From contig CAVZVA010000002.1 of NCBI GenBank assembly GCA_963778655.1, forward strand, positions 160,001 through 224,000: 64,000 nucleotides of DNA, read 5' to 3'. Below the pieces are notes generated by a model. That model was not told where the DNA came from and searched no databases. It was given only the letters and a program-made list of their open reading frames with translations. Of this stretch, positions 1 through 9,589 are shown piece after piece. Source of the DNA: an uncultured delta proteobacterium (GTDB lineage: Bacteria; Myxococcota_A; Polyangia; Polyangiales; JAFGIB01). The translations under genes were made by a program, and so were the position numbers. Numbering within the stretch: the first letter of the stretch is position 1; each line of letters starts with the position of its first letter.

Positions 1-2
1 CG

Positions 3-1343
3 GTGGCGCTGTGCCTGCTCGGGCTGTGGCTGCAGCTCAAGCGGCGCGAGGACGGCTTCGCGGCGGGCGGTGCGCTCGCGCTCGGCTGCTTCGCGCTCGG
101 GCTGTGCGCCAGCGAGTGCGCCGTAGGCATGCTCGCCTACGCGGCGCTGTACGAGCTGCTGCGACATCCGCGTCCGGCGAGCCGCGCCGCCGTCCGCGGG
201 CTCGCGCCGCTCGCGGTGCTGCTGGCCGCGTACCTGCTGCTGCGCACGGGCCTCGGCTTCGGCTCGCGCGGATCGGGGATGTACATCGATCCATTGGGCG
301 AGAGCGCGGCGTTCGTGCGCGCCGCGGCGCGGCGCGCTCCGGCGCTCGCGGGCGATCTGATGCTCGGCCTGCGCGCCAACTGGTGGACGGGCGGCTTTCC
401 CTGGACCGCCGCGCTGGTCGACCACGGCCTGGTCTCTCGCGACTGGCTGCTCGACCTGCGGCCGATGCGCACGCTGCTGCAAGCGACCGGCTGGGTCGCG
501 ATCGCCGCCTACGCGCTGCTCGCCGGCAGCGTGCTGCGCGCGCGAGCATCGCAGCACGACCTGCGCTGGCTCGTGCTCGGCGCGCCGCTCGCGCTCGTGC
601 CTTCGCTCTCGTCGCTGCCCGAGAGCCGGCTGCTGGTGCCCTCGCTGCTGGGCTGGTCGGTGGCGATGGCGGCCCTGGTCCGCGATCGCGCGGCGGCCTT
701 GCGCGCGCGCCCGCGCAGCGTGTCCGCGCGCGCCGAGCTCGCGCTCGCGGGGCTGCTCGCGCTCTACCACGCGAGCCTTCCGGCGTGGAACAGCGCGGAC
801 GAGGCACGCGTGTTGGCCCGGCTCGCGCCCGCGGTGCGCGCCTCGATCCTCGCGCCCGAGCTCGATCCGCTGCTGCGGCCGGCGCGGCGCGTGCTGCTGC
901 TCTCCGCGGCCGATCCCACCACCACCATCTACATCCCGTTGCTGCGCCGGCTGCGCGGGCGCACGGGACCGCGTGCCTGCCAGCTGCTCACCGCCGGCTT
1001 CGTTCCGCTGCGCCTGCTGCGGATCGCGCCGGACGCGTTCCTGCTCGACCGCCTGAGCGACGCCTACACCGCAGGAGACGCCTATGCGGCGGCCTTTAAC
1101 CGCGAGCCGCTGCGGCGCGGGCAGCGTTTCCAGAGCGACGGCTTGAGCGTCACGGTGCTGCGCGTGCAACACGGGCTGGCGATGCGCACGCGCTTTCAGC
1201 TCGACCGTCCGCTCGACGACCCGCAGGTGCTGCTGCTGCAGCAAACCGCGGCGGGCCTGCGCCGCGTGGGCTTTCCAGCCGTGGGCCAGGCGCTGCTGCT
1301 GCCGGCGCCGGTGCCGCCCTTCGCGCTGATGGCGCCGCCGTGA
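3..1343 (+). CDS. Multi-TM membrane protein, putative GT-C-fold glycosyltransferase (5' truncated by window edge)
   Basis: Hydrophobic ORF sharing LGFGSRGSGMYIDP, ASECA..LAY..YEL and PESRLL motifs with ORFs at 1409-3199 and 57376-59319. Confidence 0.7.
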   Translation: MALCLLGLWLQLKRREDGFAAGGALALGCFALGLCASECAVGMLAYAALYELLRHPRPASRAAVRGLAPLAVLLAAYLLLRTGLGFGSRGSGMYIDPLGESAAFVRAAARRAPALAGDLMLGLRANWWTGGFPWTAALVDHGLVSRDWLLDLRPMRTLLQATGWVAIAAYALLAGSVLRARASQHDLRWLVLGAPLALVPSLSSLPESRLLVPSLLGWSVAMAALVRDRAAALRARPRSVSARAELALAGLLALYHASLPAWNSADEARVLARLAPAVRASILAPELDPLLRPARRVLLLSAADPTTTIYIPLLRRLRGRTGPRACQLLTAGFVPLRLLRIAPDAFLLDRLSDAYTAGDAYAAAFNREPLRRGQRFQSDGLSVTVLRVQHGLAMRTRFQLDRPLDDPQVLLLQQTAAGLRRVGFPAVGQALLLPAPVPPFALMAPP

Positions 1344-1408
1344 GCGGCGGGCCGGGCGGCGGGCTTGACTCGTGCGCGCATCCGGGTTTGGGTGAGCCGG
1401 GCGCAGCG

Positions 1409-3199
1409 ATGCAAGGCGGACCGGGATTGCGTTGGTTGCGCGCGGGGCGCCCGAGCGTGATCTGGACGGCGGTGGGGCTGGGCTGCCTGCTGTGCCTGCC
1501 CTCGCTGTTCATCGGGCTCATCACCGACGACGTGCCGCACGGCCTGTTCCTGCGCCAGCACGTGCGCTCGCCGCAGGCACCCGGCCACTTCTGGGATCTG
1601 TTCGACGTGTGCGGGCGCAGCGGCAAGGGCGACGTGCCGTGGCGGATCTTCCACGGCGGTTTGCCCTGGTGGACCTCGCTTCACCTCAAGATCGCGTTCT
1701 TCCGGCCGCTGGGCGCCAGCAGCCAGTATCTCGACTATCTGCTGTGGCCGGACGCGCCGTGGCTGATGCACCTGCACAACATCGTCTGGTACGCGGCGAT
1801 CGTGTTGCTGGCCGCGCTGCTGTACCGCCGCCTGCTCGGCGCGGGCGCGACCTCGGGCCTGGCGCTGCTGCTCTATGCCGTGGACGAGGCGCACGCCGAC
1901 GGCACGGCCTGGATCGCGGGGCGCAACACCTTGATGACGGCCGCCTTCGTGCTGCTCGCGCTGCTGCTGTACGAGCGCGCGCGGCGCGACGGCTCGCGCG
2001 CGGCGGCGTGGTCGGCCCCGCTCGCGCTGCTGCTGGCCTTTGCCAGCAGCGAGGGCGCGCTCGCGGCGTGGGGCTATCTGATCGCCTACGCGCTGTGCCT
2101 GGACCACGGCAGCGCGCGGAGGCGCGCGCTCGCGTTGCTGCCCTCCGCCGTGGTGACGCTGGCCTGGCTCGCGCTCGGACAGGCGCTGGGTTACGGCGTC
2201 AAGGGCAGCGGGCTGTACGTGGACCCGCGCGCCAGCCCGTTACTGTTCCTGCGGATGAGCGCGGCGCGTCTACCGCAGCTGCTGAGCGCGCAGCTCGCGC
2301 TGCCGATGGAGCTGACGAACGCCGCGCCGCCGCAGCTGCGCCCCGCGATCGAAGCCGCCTCGCTCGCGCTGCTGGCGGCCGGCGCGTGGGTGGCCTGGCC
2401 GCTGTTGCGGCGCCGGCCGCAGGCGCGCTTCTTCGCGCTCGGCATGCTGGGAAGCGCCTTGCCGATCTGCGCCGGCACGATCGCGCCGCGGCTGCTCTTT
2501 CTGGTCGGTTTCGGCGCGCACGGGCTGCTCGCGGAGCTGGCCCGCGCCGCGTTCGGTCGACTCGAGCTCGGCGCGCGCGCGCGTCGCGCGTTGCCGCGCA
2601 GCGTGGTCGCGGTGCTGCTGCTGATCAACGGCCCGCTGGCGATCGCGGTGGCGCCGCTCACGCCGCTGGTGTGGGTCGCGATCGATCGACTGGTGCGCGA
2701 CGCCAGCAGCTCGCTGCCCGCTGCGCACGGAGCGCAGGCGAGCTCGGTGATGGTGCTCAACACCACCGACTACCTGGTGACCATGTTCGTGGTGATCTAT
2801 CGGCTGGCGACGATCGAGCCGGGCAGACAGCTGGTGCACGTGATCGGCGCCAGCGAGAAGCCGGTCCGCGTGCGCCGTCCCGACCGCAACAACCTGGTGC
2901 TGGAGCCCGAAGGGGGTTACCTGCGCGAGCCCACCAGCTTGCTTGTTCGCAGGCCGGACGAACGCTTCAAGCCAGGGCAGTTCTTCACCTTGTCGGGCTT
3001 CTGGGTCGTGGTCGAACGCACCACCCGCGATGGGCGGCCGGCGCGCATCCGCGTGCAGATGCTCAACGGCGAGGATCCGCATTTCGCCTGGGTCACATGG
3101 GACGACGCGCACCATCGCTTCGAGCGCGTGAGCTTGCCGCCTGTCGGAGGCACCCTCACGCTTCCCGGCACCGGTGTCGCCGCCCAGCCCTTGCCCTGA
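1409..3199 (+). CDS. Multi-TM membrane protein, putative GT-C (TMTC/PMT-like) glycosyltransferase
   Basis: GLITDD after first TM, FFRPL, HLHN, LYAVDEAHADGTAWIAGRN, LGYGVKGSGLYVDP; alternative GTG start at 1340 overlaps the upstream stop. Confidence 0.75.
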   Translation: MQGGPGLRWLRAGRPSVIWTAVGLGCLLCLPSLFIGLITDDVPHGLFLRQHVRSPQAPGHFWDLFDVCGRSGKGDVPWRIFHGGLPWWTSLHLKIAFFRPLGASSQYLDYLLWPDAPWLMHLHNIVWYAAIVLLAALLYRRLLGAGATSGLALLLYAVDEAHADGTAWIAGRNTLMTAAFVLLALLLYERARRDGSRAAAWSAPLALLLAFASSEGALAAWGYLIAYALCLDHGSARRRALALLPSAVVTLAWLALGQALGYGVKGSGLYVDPRASPLLFLRMSAARLPQLLSAQLALPMELTNAAPPQLRPAIEAASLALLAAGAWVAWPLLRRRPQARFFALGMLGSALPICAGTIAPRLLFLVGFGAHGLLAELARAAFGRLELGARARRALPRSVVAVLLLINGPLAIAVAPLTPLVWVAIDRLVRDASSSLPAAHGAQASSVMVLNTTDYLVTMFVVIYRLATIEPGRQLVHVIGASEKPVRVRRPDRNNLVLEPEGGYLREPTSLLVRRPDERFKPGQFFTLSGFWVVVERTTRDGRPARIRVQMLNGEDPHFAWVTWDDAHHRFERVSLPPVGGTLTLPGTGVAAQPLP

Positions 3200-3416
3200 G
3201 CGCGCCTCTGGCCCGAGCGTGCTGGCGCGCGCGTGGTCGAGGTCGTGGTGGGGCTCACCGCCGCGCGCGATGCCGCGCAGCGACCCATGCCGTCTCGCTG
3301 GGATTCCGCGCAGCCGCGTGTTACAGGTCGGCCGTGACGCGGCGCCCACCGCAGCCCGCGGGCTCGCGGCGTCCCCGCCGTGGCGCCCGCAAGCCGAGCC
3401 CTCGCACGCTGAGCCC

Positions 3417-5360
3417 ATGAGCCAGGCGGGATCCAGCACCGCGCTCCGCTCGCGCCCCGGCGCGTGGCTGGCGGCGTGCGCGCTGCTGGTGGGCGTCCAC
3501 CTGGTGCTGACCAACCACTTCGTACCGCTACACGCGGTGCTGGGAAATGCGCCGATTCAAGGCGACGACTTCGATCTACACATCGGCCAGACCTATCGCG
3601 TGCTCCAGGGGCTGGACGGTTGGGGCAAGAGCTGGGTCTACGACGTGCAGCTGCTGGCGGGCCAGCCCGAAGGCACCATCTTCGACGCGGACAACAAGGG
3701 CTGCGAGCTGTGGACCTACGCGCTGTGGAAGCTCGGCGCGAGCAAGGCCGTCGCCTTCAACAGCTTCACGCTGCTCGCGACGCTGCTGGTACCCTTGGTG
3801 CTGTTCGCGGCGGCGCGGCTGTTTCGTCTTCAGCCTTGGCCGAGCCTGTTCGCGGCCGCGCTCGGCAGCGCGCTGTGGTTCTTCGACTCGTTCAGTCACT
3901 GGGTGTGGTTCGTGGGCATGGTGTCGTACGGCTTCGCGTCGTATCTCGCCTTGCTGCCGCTGGCGCTGTTCTACCGCTATCTCGAGCGGCCGCGCGCGTG
4001 GAGCGCGATCGGCTGCGCGCTGCTGCTGGGCGTCGCCCACCTGATTCACCCCTACACCTTCTTCATGCTCGCGCCGCCGATGGCGGCGCTCTACCTGCGT
4101 TCGTTCCGCGGCCTGCGGGCGCGCGGGCACCTCGCGATCGCCGGCATCGCGCTCACGACCGTCGCCTTCAACGCCTACTGGCTGCGCGTGGCGCTGGCAC
4201 ACTGGCACTACGTGCTCAATTCCGCGTACTACGGCCAGGCCAATCCGGCTTACCTGCTCGCGGACTTTTTCGACGTGCTGCGCGATCCGAGCGACACCGG
4301 CGTGATCGGCACGCGCACCGGCTTCCGCTTGCTGGCCGTCGCGCTGGCAGCCGCGGGCCTGCTTGCGTGGCGCAGCCGGGGCGACCGCCGCACGCTGCCG
4401 CTGGGAGTCGCGCTGCTGTGGCTGCTCGGGCTGTCGTACTTCGCAGCGTACTTGCCTGGCGGCAGCCAGATCCAGCCATACCGGCACGTGCTGCCCGCCA
4501 GCTTCTTCGCCACGCTGCCCGCGGGCGGGTTCGTCGAGTGGCTGGCGCAGGAGCACGCGCTCGCCGGCTTGCACCGCGGGGCACAGGCTCTGCTCGCGAT
4601 CTTCGCTCTGCTGGTCGCGCAGCACCTCGGCATCGAGGCGCTGTACTTTCTGCCTGGGCTGATCCCCGAAGCGCGGCCGCTGGCCGACGGCACCGCCACG
4701 CCGATCTCCAAGTACGGCTTCATCGACGCGCTGCAGGGCCACAGCCACGTGGACTACGTGCTGCCACACCCGGACTGGCTGGAGGCAGACGCCGAGCAGG
4801 TGGTGCGCTGGGTCGCGCACAACGTGCCGAAGGGCAGCCGCGTGCTGGTCGACAACGCGGTGCTGGGCGAGCGCATCGCCTGGAAGACCGGGGTCGAGGT
4901 GATGGGCGGCTTTCGCGAGCGAAACATCGCCCACGCCTATGCCAACTTCTTCCGCCGCTACGGCGACCATCAGGTCACACCCGCGCAGCTCGCGCGCTAC
5001 CTGCGCACCTTCGGCATCGGCTGGGTGATCCTGCAGGCACCGCGCGCCGACATGCAGGCGGCGTCCACGGTGCTGGAGGCGCTGCCGGAGGTGGCCGGGC
5101 GGCTCATCTATCGCACTCGGGCCGCCGTCGGTCCGGTGCTGCAGGGGGGCGGGCGCGTGACCGCACGCACCAACCGGATCGAGCTGCGCGGCAGCGATCC
5201 GACAAAGGACGCGGTGCTCTCGTACCACTTTCACGAGGCGCTGCGCTGTGAGCCGGGCTGCCGCGTGGAGCGCCTGCCGATCGCGCTGGACGCGGTGGGA
5301 TTGATCCGCATCCCGGCGCCCCATCCGTCGGGGCTGGCGATCGTGAATGCGTACCGGTGA
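3417..5360 (+). CDS. Multi-TM membrane protein with C-terminal soluble domain, possible GT-C glycosyltransferase
   Basis: QGDDFDLH acidic motif after first TM, about 10 hydrophobic segments, HPY motif; ATG at 3417 chosen within the ORF 3174-5360. Confidence 0.65.
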   Translation: MSQAGSSTALRSRPGAWLAACALLVGVHLVLTNHFVPLHAVLGNAPIQGDDFDLHIGQTYRVLQGLDGWGKSWVYDVQLLAGQPEGTIFDADNKGCELWTYALWKLGASKAVAFNSFTLLATLLVPLVLFAAARLFRLQPWPSLFAAALGSALWFFDSFSHWVWFVGMVSYGFASYLALLPLALFYRYLERPRAWSAIGCALLLGVAHLIHPYTFFMLAPPMAALYLRSFRGLRARGHLAIAGIALTTVAFNAYWLRVALAHWHYVLNSAYYGQANPAYLLADFFDVLRDPSDTGVIGTRTGFRLLAVALAAAGLLAWRSRGDRRTLPLGVALLWLLGLSYFAAYLPGGSQIQPYRHVLPASFFATLPAGGFVEWLAQEHALAGLHRGAQALLAIFALLVAQHLGIEALYFLPGLIPEARPLADGTATPISKYGFIDALQGHSHVDYVLPHPDWLEADAEQVVRWVAHNVPKGSRVLVDNAVLGERIAWKTGVEVMGGFRERNIAHAYANFFRRYGDHQVTPAQLARYLRTFGIGWVILQAPRADMQAASTVLEALPEVAGRLIYRTRAAVGPVLQGGGRVTARTNRIELRGSDPTKDAVLSYHFHEALRCEPGCRVERLPIALDAVGLIRIPAPHPSGLAIVNAYR

Positions 5361-5387
5361 GGGCGGGGACGACTGCGAGCACGCGTG

Positions 5388-6335
5388 TCAGCGGGTGCGG
5401 GAGCGGCGGCCGGTGGCGTGGCAGTTGAGGCAGAAGTTGGGGGCGGCGGCGCCCCTGGGATAGTCGCGGACGCGCGCGTGGACGTCGTCGTACTTGGCGC
5501 GCTTGTGGCACTGCACGCAGTCGGTGTCGTTCTTGCCCATGGTGCCGCCCTGATCGTGGCAGGTGCGGCAGCCGATGCCCTCGTGCGCGCCGCTCTTGAT
5601 CGGAAAGCGGTTCTCGGGGTGGACCGGGCTGGGCGGCGCCGGGATCTGCGCGCGCGCGGGCGGCGGCGTGCTCGGCTGCGGCGCGCGCGCTTGGGGCGCG
5701 GCTGGCGGCGTGCTCGGCGCAACCGAGGTGCCGGCGGGCTTTGGACGCTTGGCCGCAGACGGTGGGCTCGGGGCTGGCGCGGTCTTGTGCGCCGCGGGCT
5801 TTGCAGCCGTCTTGCCACGCGCAGTGGGCTGCGGCGGCGGCGCCGCCGGCTGCTGCGCCGCGACCTCCTGCTGCGGCTTGCGCGCCGGCTTCCAGGCCGT
5901 GGTCGAGTGGCAGTCGTCGCAGGTGGTCGCGAAGCGATCGTGCCCCGGATACTCGCTGCGATCGTAGTCGTCGCGGTGGCAGCCCACGCACTGCTTGCTG
6001 GTGCCCGCGTAGACCGGCGGCTGTCCCACGTGACAGGCCGCGCAGCGCGCCTTGGCGTGCGCGCCCAGCAACGGATAGGGATGGTCGAAGACCGAAGGCC
6101 GCCACGCCTGCTGCGTATGGCACACGGCGCAAGCGGTCGGCCGCACGCCCGCGTGAGGCGGGTTCTTGGCTGCCTGGTATTCGGGCAGGTGACAGTTGGC
6201 GCACGCGCCCGCGGCCTGCCGGGTCTGCGCGTCGTGCGCGCGCGCGCCACACGCTCCAGCCGCGAGCGCGGCGCAGCACAGCAGCGCCGGCACGCCCAGC
6301 TGCCCGGGCGGCGGCCGCACGCGCGCGCGCGGCAT
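5388..6335 (-). CDS. Octaheme c-type cytochrome lipoprotein (5 hemes + Pro/Ala linker + 3 hemes)
   Basis: Eight CxxCH: CANCH, CAVCH, CAACH, CVGCH, CDDCH, CRTCH, CVQCH, CLNCH; lipobox-like LAAGAC; ATG overlaps the upstream TGA (TGATG). Confidence 0.88.
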   Translation of the reverse strand: MPRARVRPPPGQLGVPALLCCAALAAGACGARAHDAQTRQAAGACANCHLPEYQAAKNPPHAGVRPTACAVCHTQQAWRPSVFDHPYPLLGAHAKARCAACHVGQPPVYAGTSKQCVGCHRDDYDRSEYPGHDRFATTCDDCHSTTAWKPARKPQQEVAAQQPAAPPPQPTARGKTAAKPAAHKTAPAPSPPSAAKRPKPAGTSVAPSTPPAAPQARAPQPSTPPPARAQIPAPPSPVHPENRFPIKSGAHEGIGCRTCHDQGGTMGKNDTDCVQCHKRAKYDDVHARVRDYPRGAAAPNFCLNCHATGRRSRTR

Positions 6336-8345
6336 CAGAACTGCTCCTCGCGAAAACGCATACCGAGCCGCGCGCAAATCGGGCGCAGCTTGCGCGCGAG
6401 CCCCTTGGGCCCGCAATAGTAGATGTCGACCGGCTCGGGGGCATGCTGCTGCGCGATACCCGCCAGCACGGTCGCCCAGTCGGGGTGCCCCATGTGGGTG
6501 AGCCCCCTCAAGCCGGTCACCGGATCACGCTGGCCCACGGCGTGCAGGACCTCGCGCGCGATCTCGAGCCCGGCCGCGGTCGCGCCACCGCGACCGCCGG
6601 TCATGCAGATGTACACGTCGAGCAGCTCCCGGTGGTCGCGCGTCTCCAGCTCCTCGAGCAGCGCCGCGAACCACTCGAACGAGTACTGGTCCCGGTTCAG
6701 CCAGAAGAAGTGCACCTTCTGCAACGCCAGCGGCTGCCCGTCTTGCCCGAGCATCGGCGTGGCCCTCGCGATAGGTCAAGCTCTCGAGCACACTGGCGAA
6801 GGGCGTCACGCCGATGCCGGCGCCGATCAGCATCGCGTAGCGGGACTCGAAGATGTGGGTGCTGGGCGCGCCGTAGGGACCCTCGATCTGCACCGGGAGC
6901 GGCTCGTCGTCGCCCGCGGCCTGGCGCCGCTCCACCAGCTGCCGCAGCGCGGCGGTCCAGTTCCCGAGCGTGCGCACGTGCACGCTGAGCGCCGGATTCT
7001 CGGGTGCGCTGCTCAGCGTGAACGGGTGCCACTCATGACGGGCGAGCGCCGGAATGCGCAGGAACACGTAGTCGCCCGGCCGCTGCTCGAATTCGGGCGG
7101 GCGCTCGAGCTGTAGCCGCGTGACCCCGGAGCGCAGCGCCTGCGCGGCCACGATCGCGCTGCGCTGCCCGCGCCTGCGCACACGCCACAGCTGCTCCAGC
7201 GCCCAGCCGAGCAGGGGCAGCGCCGCCCAGGGCAGAAACGACGGCGCGTGCGCCAGCGCGAGCGCGAACCACACCAGGTAGAGCAGGTGCGAGAAGTAGA
7301 ACAGCTCGAAGCGGCTCGAGCGCCGGATCAGCGCCAGCGCGAACACCCACATCGTGACCAGCACCAGCAGCAAGAGCAGCCCGCTAGCACCGCGCTCGGT
7401 GTGCAGAAACAGCCGCGAGAGCGGTGCGCTCGCGTGCCCGGAGGCGTAGCTCGTCACGAACGCCAGGCTGTGCGCCACGCCGAAGCCGAGCATGGTGTGG
7501 CCGACCAGCCGGTGAAAAGTCAGCGCATCGTCGACCGGAATCGCGCGCCCGAGCGGAGTCGACCTCACCCAGGTCAGCATGCGCCGCATCACCGGCACCA
7601 GGATCAGGGCGCCGTCGAGGTTCAGGCAGGCGCCGCAGGCGCGGCCGAGCTGCATGGTCGTGCTGCCTTCCCCGCCGCGCATCACGCTCGCGAACAGCGC
7701 CACGTGCGCGAGCACGAACAGCGCCACGAACCCGATCTCGAGCCGTGAGTTGTCGATGGCGCGCAGCAGCTCGGCGCCGCGCCCGCCCTGCCTGCGGTCC
7801 AGGCGCGCCAGCAGATCCTCGTTGGGGGCGATCCAGAGCGCCTCGCTGTGCGTCATCTGGGCGAGCAGCCGCGGGTGTCTGCGCACGACCGCCTCGAGCT
7901 CTGCGAACGAGATCTTGCCGTCGAGATCGGTGTCCGCCATCGCCAGCAGCATGTGCGTCAGGCGCTCGGGAGGTTGCGAGGCACGCGTCTGGACCTCATC
8001 CTCGGCAAGGCTGATCGCGATCATACGCAGCAGCTCGACCCGCCCGATGAAGCCGTCGCCGTCCTCGTCGTGCAGTCGAAAGGCGAACAACAGCTTTTCG
8101 CGATCGCTGCCGAACAGCAGCGCGCGCACGCCCTGCATGAACTCCTCGCGGTCGATCACGCCGTCGCGGTCGCGGTCGAAGTTACGCAGCACCCGCCCCG
8201 CCAGGTACTCGCTGCGCAGGCCGAGCGCGCGCTGCAGCGCGGCCGCGTCGATGTGCTCGTGCTCGCCGGCGTGATGCTCGAACGCGTGCTCGAGCGCCTG
8301 CAACAGCTCGGCGTCGGCGCCGGACAGCCGGGGTAGAGAGCTCAT
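6335..8345 (-). CDS. EF-hand-containing NADPH oxidase/ferric reductase (NOX5-like), interrupted by one frameshift near 6763-6770
   Basis: EF-hands DRDRDGVIDREE, DEDGDGFIGRVE, DTDLDGKISFAE; heme His pairs TFH..VAH and SH..AH; HPFTLSS, EGPYG, GAGIGVTPF in ORF 6525-8345; KVHFFWLNRD..YYCGP..FREEQF continues in ORF 6335-6754. Confidence 0.88.
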
Positions 8346-8357
8346 CCGCGCCGGAAT

Positions 8358-8816
8358 CTACACCATCAAACGCGTGGCCGCGTCCACAGGTGAGTCGCCG
8401 TGAATGGTCAGATTGCCCTTTGCGTCGGCCGAAACCGCGAAGTGCTGCAACGGCTCGCGCGCGGGCCCGTGGACCACGTTGCCGTTCACGTCGAACTGGC
8501 TGCCGTGGCAAAAGCAGACCAGACCCGAGGACGAAACCAAGCCCTGGGCTCCGATGTCGCAGCCCTGGTGCGTGCAAGTGAGCGTCATCGCGTAGATGCC
8601 GCTGGCGTCGCGCGCGATGCACACCGCAAAGCCCTGGATCGGCCGGATCGTGCCCACTGACAGCGCGGCCGCGGCGCCGGCGACCACGTCGCCGACCGCC
8701 TCCGGCATCGCGCTGGAGCCGCAGCCCAGGGCCGCTGGCACGGCGGCCGAAGCGGCCAGCACCTGCAGGAACACGCGCCGCGTGGTGCGTGGCAAGTCAT
8801 CCGTAACGTCATCCAT
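8358..8816 (-). CDS. Rieske [2Fe-2S] protein, Tat-exported lipoprotein
   Basis: TRRVFL twin-arginine motif, ALGC lipobox, CTHQGC and CFCHGSQF Rieske boxes; alternative GTG start at 8846. Confidence 0.9.
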   Translation of the reverse strand: MDDVTDDLPRTTRRVFLQVLAASAAVPAALGCGSSAMPEAVGDVVAGAAAALSVGTIRPIQGFAVCIARDASGIYAMTLTCTHQGCDIGAQGLVSSSGLVCFCHGSQFDVNGNVVHGPAREPLQHFAVSADAKGNLTIHGDSPVDAATRLMV

Positions 8817-8855
8817 TCTGCTGCTCCCATTCTCGGCGTGAGACACGCCGCAAGC

Positions 8856-9419
8856 TCAGCGGTCCGCGAAACCGAAGCGCGCGACCACCTGCACCTCCGG
8901 CCGGGCGCTCGCGCCGAGCTGCTCCGGCAGCTCGATGCCGTAGTCGCCCGGGGAAAGCCGCAGCGTGCCGTCGACCTGGAAGCCGCTTGGAACGCGCCGC
9001 ACGTGGTAGAAGATCGTCACCAGGTGCTCGCGACCGTGCAGGCGCAGCGTCCCCGGTGCGAAGCCGCTCAGCACTCCGTCGCCGGACGGCAGCTCGAGGT
9101 CGGCGCGCTGCACGCGCAGCACCGCGTCGGGAAAGCGCTGCACCTCGAGATACTTCTGGCGCAGGTCGCGATCGCGGAATGCCACGCCCGTGCTGAAGCT
9201 GGAAAGCGCCACCGTCAAGCTGAGGGTCTGCGCGTCCTCGGACAGCACGCAGTCCGAGCTGGTGCCCACGATCTTGATGCCGGCAGGACCCGCCACGGTG
9301 AAGACCACGCTCGGCGTGCCGGCCTGCGTGAAGCGGGCGGCGGCCGGCTGCGCGGCCAGCGCGACGGCCAGCACGGCCAACGAAGGCGCGACGGCGCGGC
9401 GCGTAGAACGCAAATCCAT
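8856..9419 (-). CDS. YceI family (lipid/polyisoprenoid-binding) exported protein
   Basis: Signal peptide ending PAAA; FSTGVAFRDRDL..YLEVQRFP, GTLRLHG, DYGI pattern typical of YceI. Confidence 0.8.
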   Translation of the reverse strand: MDLRSTRRAVAPSLAVLAVALAAQPAAARFTQAGTPSVVFTVAGPAGIKIVGTSSDCVLSEDAQTLSLTVALSSFSTGVAFRDRDLRQKYLEVQRFPDAVLRVQRADLELPSGDGVLSGFAPGTLRLHGREHLVTIFYHVRRVPSGFQVDGTLRLSPGDYGIELPEQLGASARPEVQVVARFGFADR

Positions 9420-9589
9420 GGCGGCGACCTCCCGGGGCGAGCGTGCTGCGTGGGTCGGCTTGCAGCCTCGTCCGGGTGGGTACCGGCAGCCGGGCGCAGG
9501 CAGGCAGGCGCGCGGCGACCGGCATGTGCGGCCCGCGCGCGCGGCGGCCACGGCCGGCCGATCCGGGCTACAGTGAGCGCAACGTTGCG

